Source of the DNA: Candidatus Dormiibacterota bacterium
Lineage (GTDB): Bacteria > Chloroflexota > Dormibacteria > Aeolococcales > Aeolococcaceae
Direction: 5' to 3'
DNA: 64,000 bases
Assembly (NCBI GenBank): GCA_963799005.1
Contig: CAWCVK010000001.1
Location: 988,066-1,052,065 of the forward strand
In this document: piece after piece, positions 17,588 to 27,731 of the stretch
How positions within the stretch are numbered: position 1 is the first letter of the stretch
How the letters are laid out: every line of letters starts with the position of its first letter
Translations under genes and position numbers: made by a program
The notes under the pieces: generated by a model
The model's input: the letters and a program-made list of their open reading frames with translations, nothing else
Told to the model about the DNA's origin: nothing
The model's database searches: none

Positions 17588-18812
17588 ATGTGTGATGGCT
17601 CGGGCAACATGAAATCGCTGCGTAGCCTCATGGATGCGATCGAACAGTTCGTGGCCCAGCCGGCTGCGGGCTCGTCGGCCGAGCTCGGCGAGCGTCTGAT
17701 CCAGCTCCGCCATGGGATCGATCTCCTCGAGCTGCGCTTCGCGCGCGAGGCGGCAGCCTTCGCGTCCACGGACGAGTACGAGATCCAGGGGTCGACCTCG
17801 CCGATCGACTGGGTGCGCCACAAGTGCTCCATGTCCATCAGCGCAGCGGCGCGCGCGGTCGCCACCGGCGAGGCAGCCGAGCGGCTGCCGGCGAGTGTCG
17901 CTGCCCTCGGGGCTGGGCGGATCGGCTTCGCCCACCTCGGCCTGATCGCCGGCACCGAACGGGCGGTGACCGGCGGCCGTGGCTTCGACGAGCGCCCACT
18001 GTTGGAGCTCGCCCTCGAGCACTCGGTGAGCCGCTTCGCCAACGAGTGCACCCACGCCCGCCACGTCGCTGATGCCACCGCGGTGCTCGCCGAGCACATC
18101 GGCCTGGTCGAGTCCCGGCGCCTCGAGCTGAACTCGGTGCGAGGACGGTCGGATCGTCGTTCGGGGGCTACTCGACCCCGTGGGCGGGGCGACACTCCGG
18201 GTCGCACTCGCGCCGCTGACCGCACCGAAGGGCGCCGGCGACGACCGCTCCCGCGACCGCCGGTATGCCGACGCACTCGTCGAGCTCGCGCATCACGCGC
18301 TGGATCGCGGGTTCGTCACCGAGCGGGGCACGACCCGACCCCATCTTCAGCTCACCGCGTCGGTCGAGACCGTGATGGGACTGCGCGGAGCTCCCGGCGG
18401 CGATCTCGAATTCGCCGGGGCGGTGCCGGCAGCCACCGTGCAGCGCATCGCCTGTGACGCGAGCATCCGCCGGGTTCTGCTCGGCCCGTCGGCGGTGTTC
18501 GACGTCGGCCGGGCGCTGCGAGTGCCCTCCGCGCCCGCCAGGGCCGCGCTGCGAGTGCGCGACCAGGGATGCGTCTGGCCGGGCTGCGATCGGCCCTCGT
18601 CGTGGACCAATGCGCACCACGTCCTGCACTGGGGCCACGGTGGCCAGACCAACCTCGACAACATGGTTCAGCTCTGCCATCGCCATCACTGCTCGGTGCA
18701 CGAGGGCGGCTGGCAGCTGGTCAAGACCGACGGTCGGCGCGTGCTCGCCATCCCACCCTCGCATCGATACCGATCGTGGACGCGCGCACCTGACGGGGTC
18801 GCGACCGTATAG
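17588..18812 (+). pseudogene. DUF222 + HNH endonuclease (REP13E12-type) gene, split by one +1 frame break
   Basis: DUF222-like N-terminus in the 17588 frame. The C-terminus in the 18180 frame contains CVWPGCDRPSSWTNAHHVLHWGHGGQTNLDNMVQLCHRHHCSVH (HNH). Deleting one A of GAACTC (18130-18135) joins ..RRLELTRCEDGRIVVRGLLDPVGGATL... Confidence 0.75.
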
Positions 18813-18816
18813 GCAA

Positions 18817-18970
18817 GTACTCGGCTTGGGCGTGCGTTGCCGAGTAGGGCGAGTATCCGGTCTGGCCGTGCGTTGCTAAGCAGCGCGAATATCCGGTCCG
18901 GCCGTGCGTTGCTAAGCAGCGCGAGCACTCGGTCTGGCGGTGTGTTGGTAGCACGAGCGCGGTCTGGTTC
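18817..18970. repeat. Imperfect 36-bp tandem repeat, 4 full units plus a partial fifth; intergenic
   Basis: Units at 18817, 18853, 18889 and 18925. The inner two units differ at 2 of 36 positions (GTATCCGGTCTGGCCGTGCGTTGCTAAGCAGCGCGA vs ATATCCGGTCCGGCC...). The outer units are more diverged. Confidence 0.85.
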
Positions 18971-19033
18971 CCCGGGTGGCTCTCCGAGCACGCCATCGAG
19001 CGAACGCGGGCGGCGCCGGTACGATGCCTGGCA

Positions 19034-19510
19034 ATGCCAACGCCGCGACCGCAGTCGGCCGACTGCATTTTCTGCGCGATCATCCGCGACGACGCCCCGG
19101 CGACCTTCGTGCACCGGGACGAGATGATCGTGGCGTTCATGGACATCCGGCCGGTCCAGCCCGGCCATCTCCTCGTGGTGCCCCGGGCACACGCAGAGCT
19201 CATACAGGACCTGGACGACCAGAGCCTCGAGAGCCTGTGGTCAGTGGCGACCAGTCTCAACCGTGCGTTACGAGCGAGTTCCCTCCCCGTCGAGGCGGTG
19301 AGCGTCTACATCGCGGATGGAGCGGCTGCCGGCCAGGAGGTGGCGCATCTGCACATCCACCTCATCCCGCGCCACTCTGACGACGGGTTCGGGTTTCGCT
19401 TTCCGCCTGGCTACGGCAAGGAGCCCGGCCGGGCGCAGCTCAGGGCTGTAGCCGATCAGATCCGGACGCAGATCCTGCACAGGGACGGGGCCGAACCCAG
19501 TGGGAGCTGA
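19034..19510 (+). CDS. HIT (histidine triad) family nucleotide hydrolase/transferase
   Basis: CIFCAII..PATFVHRDE..AFMDIRPVQPGHLLVVPRAH and the triad HLHIHLIPR. A TACGAT box lies 8 nt before the ATG. Confidence 0.85.
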   Translation: MPTPRPQSADCIFCAIIRDDAPATFVHRDEMIVAFMDIRPVQPGHLLVVPRAHAELIQDLDDQSLESLWSVATSLNRALRASSLPVEAVSVYIADGAAAGQEVAHLHIHLIPRHSDDGFGFRFPPGYGKEPGRAQLRAVADQIRTQILHRDGAEPSGS

Positions 19511-20387
19511 CGCGGCCGTCGCTCGCCTCCGCCGCTATCGCGCCGCCCCGTGGTGGCCGACCGCGGCGACACTCGTCGTCGCCGAGCTGGGCCTGGGCGC
19601 GGCGCTGCTGGTGCCGATCACCTTCAGCGACCCGAATGGCGTCGACCCCTATGTGGCTCGTCTGAGCGTCGCGTCGGTGCTCATCGCCATCCCCTCGCTG
19701 CTGGTGCGACGGCTCGAGCCGGCGCGCCCGATTCTCCTGGCGCTCGCGGCGGTCGCGACCACGTACACGCTGCTCTCGGCCGGCCCGCAGATCCTGTTCG
19801 ACCTGCTCGGACCCAACTCCGGCAGTTTCGATGCGCAGATCTTCTGGGCTTCGGTCGCGCAGGCGATCGGCACACTCCTGATTGCGCTCGTCGCCTGGAA
19901 GCTCGTCGCCCCGGACTGGCGCCCGGCGCTTCGAATGCGGCATCTCAGCTTCGCCGGCCTCGCCACCGGTGTGATCGGCTCGGTGGTGCTCATCGGCCTT
20001 GGCCTGGCATTGCCCGCCAACCTCCTCGGCCGTGTGGCGCTGCAGCCGGTCGCGTTTGGTCGCGACTTTCCGTTCCTCGGACCGGCCAACGCCCTGCAGG
20101 CCTTCTCGCAGGAAGTGCAGTTCCGTGGGCTGCTGCTCGGCGGGCTCGAGCGCACCTTGAGCCCGCGCTGGGCCAACGTCGCCCAGGCGGCGGTGTTCGC
20201 GCTCGCGCACCTGGCGATCAGCTACGGCGGCCCGGAGGCGCCCTTCGTGCCCATCACCTTCCTCGTCGGCCTCGCCTTCGGCTGGCTGGTGCAACGGACC
20301 AACTCGCTATGGCCCGCGGTGATGATCCACGCCGTGGCGGACATCGCCCTGCAGTTCGGCATCGTCCCGGGGTTGTATGGGTTCTGA
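19500..20387 (+). CDS. CPBP family intramembrane glutamic endopeptidase (CAAX protease/Abi-like)
   Basis: Polytopic. SQEVQFRGLLLGGLER, AAVFALAHL and MIHAVAD motifs. Confidence 0.75.
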   Translation: MGADAAVARLRRYRAAPWWPTAATLVVAELGLGAALLVPITFSDPNGVDPYVARLSVASVLIAIPSLLVRRLEPARPILLALAAVATTYTLLSAGPQILFDLLGPNSGSFDAQIFWASVAQAIGTLLIALVAWKLVAPDWRPALRMRHLSFAGLATGVIGSVVLIGLGLALPANLLGRVALQPVAFGRDFPFLGPANALQAFSQEVQFRGLLLGGLERTLSPRWANVAQAAVFALAHLAISYGGPEAPFVPITFLVGLAFGWLVQRTNSLWPAVMIHAVADIALQFGIVPGLYGF

Positions 20388-21288
20388 GCATCGCCGGCGC
20401 GCGATCGTGCCGATCGCGGCATTCTGCGCGCTGGTGACCGCGTTTCTGACCGGGGGCGCGCCCGCTCGGGCTGCGGATGCATGGTGGATCCCGGTCGGAC
20501 TTCAGGGCATGGCCGTTACGCGTGTTTCGGCCATTGGTGACACCATCACAGTGCGCACGGGCTCCGGCGCGACGCTGAGGTCGACCGACGCCGGGAGGAC
20601 GTTCGCAGCCGCACCCGCCGGCACGACGTTCCCGCCCGCCGGGGTCGCGGCAATCGGGTCGCAACGGTGGGAGATCAACTCAGCGGGGCGGGTGGTGCAT
20701 GTCGCCAACGCCTCGCAGGCGAGCGCCGCCGTCCTCGACCCTGGCTCGCCGGACCTCGGCGCCGGCGCCGACCTGATCGCGGCGCCCGCGGCGCTGCCCG
20801 GCGTGGTCGTCGCCACGAGCACCGACGGCACCGTCTGGCGCCGCGGCCAGGACGGCGACTGGAAGCAGGCATTGCTGCTGCTGCCCGCGAGCGCCCTTCA
20901 GGGCGTGCCCCGGGTCACGTCGCTCACCGCGTTCACCGCGACCAACCCACCGCTCAGCGACGCGATCTATCTCGGGACCGACGGCTATGCGGTCCTGATC
21001 AGCACCGACGGCGGCGATGACTGGATCCGTGCCGGCCCCGGGCTCCCGGACTCCGTCTACTCGCTCTCGGCCGATCCCATCTCGGTCCGCCCCTTGCTCG
21101 GCTACGTGTACGCGGGCACATCGAACGGCCTGTGGGAGCACAGGCTCCAGGGGTTTCCGGCGCCCCCGGCATATCACGATGCGGGGCTCATCTGGCGGTG
21201 GGTCGGGATCGGCGCGGTCACCTTGATCGCCTCGGTGGCAGCGCTGCTCGGTATGACCCGGCTGGTGCCTCGCCGCCTGTCCGCCTGA
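20377..21288 (+). CDS. Secreted propeller-like repeat protein with C-terminal TM anchor (weak Asp-box motifs)
   Basis: Signal-like N-terminus ending ARAADA. STDAGRTF, STDGTVW and STDGGDDW repeats. C-terminal hydrophobic span WVGIGAVTLIASVAALLG. Confidence 0.55.
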   Translation: MGSEHRRRAIVPIAAFCALVTAFLTGGAPARAADAWWIPVGLQGMAVTRVSAIGDTITVRTGSGATLRSTDAGRTFAAAPAGTTFPPAGVAAIGSQRWEINSAGRVVHVANASQASAAVLDPGSPDLGAGADLIAAPAALPGVVVATSTDGTVWRRGQDGDWKQALLLLPASALQGVPRVTSLTAFTATNPPLSDAIYLGTDGYAVLISTDGGDDWIRAGPGLPDSVYSLSADPISVRPLLGYVYAGTSNGLWEHRLQGFPAPPAYHDAGLIWRWVGIGAVTLIASVAALLGMTRLVPRRLSA

Positions 21289-21315
21289 GACGCGCGTCGG
21301 ACCGCTTCGGCTAGC

Positions 21316-23355
21316 GTGGCCGCATGGTCAATCGCCTGGCCGCCGAGTTCGAGCCCGTACCTTTTGCAGCACGCCGGCAACCCGGTGGACTGGTACCCGT
21401 GGGGAGATGCGGCGTTCGAACGGGCGCGCAGCGACGACCGCCCGGTGCTGCTGTCGATCGGCTACAGCGCCTGCCACTGGTGCCACGTGATGGCTCACGA
21501 GTCGTTCGAGAACGCCGAAATCGCCGCCGTCATGAACGACCTCTTCGTGAGCATCAAGGTCGATCGCGAGGAACGCCCCGACGTCAACTCGGTGTACATG
21601 AGCGCCGCCCAGGCGATGGGCGTCCCCGGCGGGTGGCCGCTGACGGTGTTCCTGACACCCGCCGGGCTGCCCTTCTTCGGCGGGACGTACTTTCCGCCCG
21701 AGGATCGCCAGGGCATGCATGGCTTTCCGGCCGTGCTGCGGGCGGCCGCCGCCGCCTATCACGCGCAGCGCGACGAGATCAGCGTCATGGGGTCGAAGGT
21801 GCGCGACGCGGTAGCGCCGCGCCAGCTTCCTGTGGCCGGCGAGCCGAGCGCGGCGCTGCTCGATGAGGCGGTACGAAAGCTCGCGGCGGAAACCGATCGG
21901 GCCCACGGCGGGTTCGGCGCAGCGCCGAAGTTCCCGCACCCGCAGGCGCTCGACCTGATGCTGCGCCGCTCACAGGCCGGCGCTGACGTGGTGGTCCGCG
22001 ACGCCGCGCTGCTCAGTCTCGATGCGATGTCGCGCGGTGGCATTCACGACCAGGTGGGTGGCGGCTTCCATCGATACAGCGTCGACGCGCGATGGTCGGT
22101 CCCGCATTTCGAGAAGATGCTGTACGACAACGCGCTGCTGGCTCCGGTGTACCTGCACGCGTACCAGCTGAGCGGGCGTGACGAAATGCTCGAGGTCTGC
22201 CTCCGCACCCTCGACTACGTGGTGCGCGAGCTGCAACTCGAAGGCGGCGCGTTCGCCGCGTCGCAGGATGCCGACAGTCCCGGCGGTGAGGGTGCGTTCT
22301 TCGTCTGGACGCCGTCGCAATTGCGGGACACCCTGGGCACCGAGGACGGTGCTCTGGCTGCTCGTGTGTTCGGCGTGGTCGACGGGGGGAACTTCGAGCA
22401 CGGGACGACGGTGCTCTCGATGCCGTACCCGCTGGCGCAGGTTGCGCGCTCGATGGGGATCGACGAGCCGGCGCTGCGCGTTCGCCTGGAGGACATTCGC
22501 ACCCGGCTGCGCGCCGCACGCGCCTCCCGCCCGGCTCCGGAGCGCGACGGCAAGGTGATCACGGCGTGGAACGCGCTTGCGATCCGCGCATTTGCCGAGA
22601 CGGGCGCTGCGCTGGAGCGGCCCGACTATGTTGCGGTCGCGCGGGCGTGCGCCGACTTCCTCCTCGAGCACCTGGTCCGGGACCGGGTCGTGTATCGCAT
22701 CTGGAACGGCGGCGAGGGAAGGATCACCGGCTTTCTCGATGACGCGGCAAACCTCGGTGATGCGCTGCTCACGCTCTACGAGGCGACCGGCGAGCCGCGG
22801 TACTTCACCGCCGCGCTGGGGCTCTGCGAGCGCATCGTCGAGCAGCATCGGGACCCCGACGGCAACTACTTCGACACCGCCGCCAACTCCGAACCGCTGA
22901 TCGTCCGGCCGCGCACCATCGACGACAACCCGGTGAGCGCCGGGCAGTCGGTGGCGGCCACCCTCTTCTGCCGGATGCATGCATTCACCGGTGCGGAGCG
23001 CTGGTACCTGTACGCCATGGAGGTCATCGCCCCACTCGCGACCGTGGTCGCTCGCGCGCCGCTTGCGGTCGCGGGATTGGCCGCAGCGATGGAGCTCGCG
23101 GTCGGGCCGATGCGCGAGATCGCGATCGCCGGGGATCCGGAGGACACGCGTACCCGCGCGCTGCTCGAGGTGGCGCAGCGCCGATTCGACCCGCTCACCG
23201 TCCTCGCATGGGGAACCCCCGGCAACGTGCCGCTCCTCGACGGCCGGACGGTTGTCGACGGCGTCCCCGCCGCCTACGTCTGCCGCGGCTTCGTCTGTCG
23301 GGCGCCGGTGACCAACGCGGCCGAGCTGGAAGCCGAGCTCGCCATCCGCGGCTGA
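21316..23355 (+). CDS. Thioredoxin-domain protein, DUF255 / YyaL (SPATA20-like) family
   Basis: [47 protein letters not shown], followed by a long alpha-toroid-like C-terminus. The family-typical N-terminus MVNRLAAE sits in another frame from ATG 21324 (see findings). Confidence 0.85.
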   Translation: MAAWSIAWPPSSSPYLLQHAGNPVDWYPWGDAAFERARSDDRPVLLSIGYSACHWCHVMAHESFENAEIAAVMNDLFVSIKVDREERPDVNSVYMSAAQAMGVPGGWPLTVFLTPAGLPFFGGTYFPPEDRQGMHGFPAVLRAAAAAYHAQRDEISVMGSKVRDAVAPRQLPVAGEPSAALLDEAVRKLAAETDRAHGGFGAAPKFPHPQALDLMLRRSQAGADVVVRDAALLSLDAMSRGGIHDQVGGGFHRYSVDARWSVPHFEKMLYDNALLAPVYLHAYQLSGRDEMLEVCLRTLDYVVRELQLEGGAFAASQDADSPGGEGAFFVWTPSQLRDTLGTEDGALAARVFGVVDGGNFEHGTTVLSMPYPLAQVARSMGIDEPALRVRLEDIRTRLRAARASRPAPERDGKVITAWNALAIRAFAETGAALERPDYVAVARACADFLLEHLVRDRVVYRIWNGGEGRITGFLDDAANLGDALLTLYEATGEPRYFTAALGLCERIVEQHRDPDGNYFDTAANSEPLIVRPRTIDDNPVSAGQSVAATLFCRMHAFTGAERWYLYAMEVIAPLATVVARAPLAVAGLAAAMELAVGPMREIAIAGDPEDTRTRALLEVAQRRFDPLTVLAWGTPGNVPLLDGRTVVDGVPAAYVCRGFVCRAPVTNAAELEAELAIRG

Positions 23356-23359
23356 CGGA

Positions 23360-24817
23360 TCAGAACTGGCCGCAGCCCGAGGGGGTCGCCATCGCCTCGA
23401 GCGGCGGCAGGAAGTCGAACATGGGCAGGCGTCTCTGGTCGTCGACCGGGAGGTAGTCGCCGGTGCCTGGGTCGTCGACGTAGTCGAGGTGAGGCCCGTC
23501 GGTGATGATCTCGCGCAGCGCCGCGACCAGGCGGTCGATGTGCTCGACGGTCGTTCCGATGCCGAACGAGGCGCGGATCGCTCCCGGGATCTCGTGGTGC
23601 TCGCCGCGACGGAGCCGCTCGCGAATCGTGTGAGCCTCCGAGATCCCCACGCCGAGCAGGTGCGTGATGTACGGATGGGCGCAGAAGCAGCCGTGGCGCA
23701 CGCCGATGGCGTGCTCGGCGCTCAGCACCGACGCCACCAGGGCGTGGTGCATGCCGTCGACGGTGAACGTGCTCACCCCCAGGCGGTCGACGTCGGGGCC
23801 GTCCCACAGCCGGAGACGGTGCAGCCTCGGGAGCTCGTCGATCTGGGCGTCGAGATAGGCGAGCAGCCGCTTCTCGTGGGCGCCGATGTGCGCCATCCCG
23901 GTGCGGCCGAGGACCGTGCACGCCGCCCCCAGCGCGATCGCGCCGACCACGTTCGGGCTCCCCGCCTCGTGACGGTCGGGCAGCGACGCCCACTGCACGT
24001 CGTCGGTGGTGACGTAGGTGACCGCACCGCCACCGGCGAGCATCGGCTCGGCGTCGGCGAGCACCGCGGACGGCCCGATCAGCGCGCCACCGCCGAAGGG
24101 CGCATACATCTTGTGGCCCGAGAGCGCGAGGAAGTCGATGCCCATCGCGACCATGTCGATGCTTCGATGCGGCGCCAGCTGGGCGGCGTCGACGGCGAGC
24201 AGCGCGCCGTGCTCGTGGGCCAGCCGCCCGATGTCGGCGACCGGGAAGACCTCGCCGGTGACGTTGCTCGCGCCCGTGATCGCGACGATCCCGATGGGAC
24301 GGTGGCGATCCTCGAGCGCGCGTCGCAGATCGGCGAGCAGCTGCTCCGGCAACTCGGGCGCGTCGAGGAGGTCCACGCGCGCGAGACGACGCCAGGGCAG
24401 CATGTTGGCGTGGTGCTCGACGATCGTGCTGAGCACCCCATGACCGGGGCGCAGCACCAGGCAGTGCGCCAGCACGTTGATGGCCTCGGTCGTGTTTCGG
24501 ACAAAGATGACTGCATCCGTCGAGCGGGCGCCCGCGAAGCCGGCCACCGCCACCCGCGCCGCCTCGTACGCCCGGGTCGACACCTGCGACGCGAACCCGG
24601 CGCCGCGGTGCACGCTGGAGTACCAGGGCAGGAACTCGATCACGGCATCCGCGACCGCCTCCATGGCCGGCGTGCTCGCCGCCATGTCGAGGTTCACGTA
24701 GCTGCGCGTCTCGCCGTCGGCGAGCTGCACCTCGAGGTCCTGGCCCACCAGGCGGGGGAGGACGGCGCCCGCCGTGCGCCGGCCCGGCCGGCTCCCGCGG
24801 GACGATTCGGTGAGCAT
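23360..24817 (-). CDS. Class V aminotransferase / cysteine desulfurase-like PLP enzyme
   Basis: 485 aa. SSVHRGAGF.., ITGASNVTG and LSGHKMYAPFGGGALIG (PLP lysine). The ATG shares one base with the hutI stop (TGATG). Confidence 0.7.
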   Translation of the reverse strand: MLTESSRGSRPGRRTAGAVLPRLVGQDLEVQLADGETRSYVNLDMAASTPAMEAVADAVIEFLPWYSSVHRGAGFASQVSTRAYEAARVAVAGFAGARSTDAVIFVRNTTEAINVLAHCLVLRPGHGVLSTIVEHHANMLPWRRLARVDLLDAPELPEQLLADLRRALEDRHRPIGIVAITGASNVTGEVFPVADIGRLAHEHGALLAVDAAQLAPHRSIDMVAMGIDFLALSGHKMYAPFGGGALIGPSAVLADAEPMLAGGGAVTYVTTDDVQWASLPDRHEAGSPNVVGAIALGAACTVLGRTGMAHIGAHEKRLLAYLDAQIDELPRLHRLRLWDGPDVDRLGVSTFTVDGMHHALVASVLSAEHAIGVRHGCFCAHPYITHLLGVGISEAHTIRERLRRGEHHEIPGAIRASFGIGTTVEHIDRLVAALREIITDGPHLDYVDDPGTGDYLPVDDQRRLPMFDFLPPLEAMATPSGCGQF

Positions 24818-26037
24818 CAGGCTTTCGAGGGTACTTCCAAGCGGCCTCCGTGGATCACACTGCCCACGATGTCGCCGCCGAGGTGGTAGGCGACGTCGAT
24901 CCAGCTCGGGGTGGTGAGGATCACCGCGTCGCAGCGCAGTCCCGCGCGCAGCATGCCCCGATCCGCCAGGCCTAGTGCGGCCGCGCCGCCGGAGGTGGCC
25001 GCCACCAGCGCCTGCGCGGGGGTGAGGCCCCCCAGGGCCACTGCCAGCGAGACCATCAGCGGCATCAACTCGCTGTAGCAGGTGCCGGGGTTGCAGTCGG
25101 TGGCGACCGCCACCGTGCAGCCGGCCTCGAGGAGACGCCGGCCAGGCGGTGGGGGGCCGCCCAGGACGACCGAGGCTCCGGGCAGGATCACGCCGACGAC
25201 GCCGGCGCTGCTCAGCGCCTCGAGGTCGGTGTTGGTCGCGTGCTCGAGATGGTCCGCGCTCACAGCGCCGGCCCGAGCCGCGAGCAGCGCTCCGCCGCTG
25301 TTCGAGCGTTGTTCGGCGTGGATCTTCGGGCGCATCCCATGAGCGCGAGCGGCGGCGAAGAGCCGCTCACATTCGGCGACGGTGTACGCGCCGGTATCGC
25401 AGAATGCGTCGACGAATGTCGCCCGCTTTGCCGCGGCAGCCACGCCGCGCGTGCACACGTCGTCGACATATGCGTCGCGCGCGCCGTCCGGAACCGCGTG
25501 CAGCGCGAGATACGTGGCCACGACGTCGGGGAGGTCGTACCACTCGCGAAGGCGCTCGGCCGCGTCGAGCTGACGCATCTCGGCCTCGTGTTCCAACCCG
25601 TACCCGCTCTTCACCTCGATGGTCGTCGTGCCGTTGGCGAGCATGCGTCGCGCTCGCTCGCGACCCGCGGTCGCCAGGTCGTCGACGGATCCCGCCGCGG
25701 TGGCGCGGACCGTCGCACTGATCCCACCACCGGCAGCGGCGATCTCCTCGTACGTCTTCCCCGCCGCGCGCTGCGCGTACTCCTCGCCCCGGTCACCGAG
25801 CCACACGATGTGCGTATGCGCGTCGACGAACCCGGGAATGACGGCGGCCCCGCGCGCCTGGACCTCGAGCGCTCCGTGCGGCACCCTGGAACGGTCGAGC
25901 GCCAACTCAGGACCCGCGTACACGATGACTCCGTCGCGCGCGACCAGCGCCGCATCGTGGACCACGCCGGGAGCCTCCCCGAGCAGCGGATCACAGGTGC
26001 ACAGCGCACCGATGCCGTGAACGACGAGCGCGCTCAC
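24817..26037 (-). CDS. hutI: Imidazolonepropionase
   Basis: GTG 26037 overlaps the hutU stop (GTGA). [29 protein letters not shown] and ATDCNPG motifs. Confidence 0.9.
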   Translation of the reverse strand: MSALVVHGIGALCTCDPLLGEAPGVVHDAALVARDGVIVYAGPELALDRSRVPHGALEVQARGAAVIPGFVDAHTHIVWLGDRGEEYAQRAAGKTYEEIAAAGGGISATVRATAAGSVDDLATAGRERARRMLANGTTTIEVKSGYGLEHEAEMRQLDAAERLREWYDLPDVVATYLALHAVPDGARDAYVDDVCTRGVAAAAKRATFVDAFCDTGAYTVAECERLFAAARAHGMRPKIHAEQRSNSGGALLAARAGAVSADHLEHATNTDLEALSSAGVVGVILPGASVVLGGPPPPGRRLLEAGCTVAVATDCNPGTCYSELMPLMVSLAVALGGLTPAQALVAATSGGAAALGLADRGMLRAGLRCDAVILTTPSWIDVAYHLGGDIVGSVIHGGRLEVPSKA

Positions 26038-27731
26038 CCCGTGGTCGCGCCTGGTATCGGGGTGCCCGGGTCGTCGCCGAGCATGGGGATGCGCACGTCT
26101 CGGGCACGAGCCGCGTCGCGCGCTTCCGCGTAGCCGGCGTCCGCGTGGCGCATCACCCCGGTCGACGGGTCGTTGGTGAGCACCAGCTCGCAGCGGCGCG
26201 CGGAGAGCTCGCTGCCGTCGGCGCACACCTGGGCGCCGGCGTGAATCGACAGTCCCATGCCGACGCCGCCACCGTGATGGACGGCGACCCAGGTCGCGCC
26301 GCTCGCGGTGTTGAGCAACGCGTTGAGCACCGGCCAGTCGGCGATCGCGTCGCTGCCGTCGCGCATGGCCTCGGTCTCGCGCAATGGCGACGCGACCGAG
26401 CCACTGTCGAGGTGGTCGCGCCCGATCACCACCGGTGCGGAGAGCTCGCCGCTGCGCACCATGTCGTTGAAGCGGAGCCCGGCGCGGTGGCGCTCGCCGG
26501 CGCCGAGCCAGCAGATCCGGGCGGGAAGCCCCTGGAAGTGCACGCGCTCCTTCGCCAGGCCAAGCCAGCGGTGCAGCCCCTCGTGATCCGGGAAGAGCTC
26601 GAGCATCGCCTGGTCGGTGCGCGCGATGTCCTCCGGGTCACCGCTCAATGCCACCCAACGGAACGGTCCGCGGCCCTCGCAGAACTGGTCGCGGATGTAC
26701 GCCGGAACGAATCCGGGATACGCGAAGGCGTCCGCAAAGCCGGCGATCCGCGCCTGGTCGCGCAACGAGTTGCCATAGTCGAACACCTCCGCACCGCGGC
26801 GTTGGTACTCGACCATCGCCGCGCAGTGCCGGGCCATCAACTCGCGCGCACGGCGCACGTACGCATCGGGGTCGGTGTCGCGCAGCGTTGCCGCCGCCTC
26901 GAGGCTGAGGCCGGCGGGGATGTAGCCGTGCAGCGGGTCGTGGGCGCTGGTCTGGTCGGTGACGACGTCGATCGCCAGCGAGGACTCGAGCAGCTCCGGC
27001 AGCGCTTCAGCGGCGTTGGCGCAGACCGCCACCGAGAGGGCGCGTCCCTCCTCGCGGGCGATGTCGCAGGTTCTGACCGCGGCGTCGAGCGAGTCAGCGA
27101 TCTCGTCGACATAACCCGTGTCGACGCGCCGGCGGATGCGAGCGGGATCGACGTCGATGCAGAGCGCGACCCCGCCGCCCATGGTGATCGCGAGTGGCTG
27201 GGCGCCGCCCATGCCGCCGAGCCCCGAGGTGACCACGAGCCGGCCGCTCAGGCTTCCACCGAACCGCTTCCGCGCCACCGCCTCGAAGGTCTCGAACGTC
27301 CCCTGGAGGATGCCCTGGGTGCCGATGTAGATCCACGAACCCGCGGTCATCTGCCCGTACATAGTCAGCCCCATGGCCTCCAGCCGCCAGAACTCCTCCC
27401 ATGTCGCCCAGCGAGGCACCAGCAGCGAGTTCGCGATCAGCACCCGGGGCGCGAGCTCGTGTGTCTTGGCGACACCCACCGGCTTGCCCGACTGGACGAG
27501 CAGCGTCTCGTCGTCGCGCAGCGAGCGGAGCGTCGCGACGATCGCGTCGAAGCACTCCCAGGAGCGCGCCGCCCGGCCGGTGCCGCCATATACCACCAGC
27601 GAGTCCGGGTCCTCGGCGACCTCCGGGTCGAGGTTGTTCATGAGGCAGCGGAGCGGCGCCTCCGTCTGCCAGCTGCGGCAGCTCAGCGCGTTCCCGTGCG
27701 GCGCGCGCACCGGGCGGGCCCCGGCGGTCAT
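26034..27731 (-). CDS. hutU: Urocanate hydratase
   Basis: ATG 27731 overlaps the hutH stop (ATGA). [40 protein letters not shown] and [12 protein letters not shown]. Confidence 0.95.
   Translation of the reverse strand: MTAGARPVRAPHGNALSCRSWQTEAPLRCLMNNLDPEVAEDPDSLVVYGGTGRAARSWECFDAIVATLRSLRDDETLLVQSGKPVGVAKTHELAPRVLIANSLLVPRWATWEEFWRLEAMGLTMYGQMTAGSWIYIGTQGILQGTFETFEAVARKRFGGSLSGRLVVTSGLGGMGGAQPLAITMGGGVALCIDVDPARIRRRVDTGYVDEIADSLDAAVRTCDIAREEGRALSVAVCANAAEALPELLESSLAIDVVTDQTSAHDPLHGYIPAGLSLEAAATLRDTDPDAYVRRARELMARHCAAMVEYQRRGAEVFDYGNSLRDQARIAGFADAFAYPGFVPAYIRDQFCEGRGPFRWVALSGDPEDIARTDQAMLELFPDHEGLHRWLGLAKERVHFQGLPARICWLGAGERHRAGLRFNDMVRSGELSAPVVIGRDHLDSGSVASPLRETEAMRDGSDAIADWPVLNALLNTASGATWVAVHHGGGVGMGLSIHAGAQVCADGSELSARRCELVLTNDPSTGVMRHADAGYAEARDAARARDVRIPMLGDDPGTPIPGATTG

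Noticed and set aside
18817-18970. 36-bp repeat array considered as a CRISPR array
   Set aside because: The units are directly tandem with no spacers and there are no cas genes in the window. It was classified as a tandem repeat.
21345-21350. Programmed ribosomal frameshifting at GAGTTC
   Set aside because: The hexamer lies on the coding strand in only two of the five affected genes and on the template strand in the other three. It is not an X-XXY-YYZ slippery site, and the genes are unrelated. A DNA- or assembly-level cause fits better.
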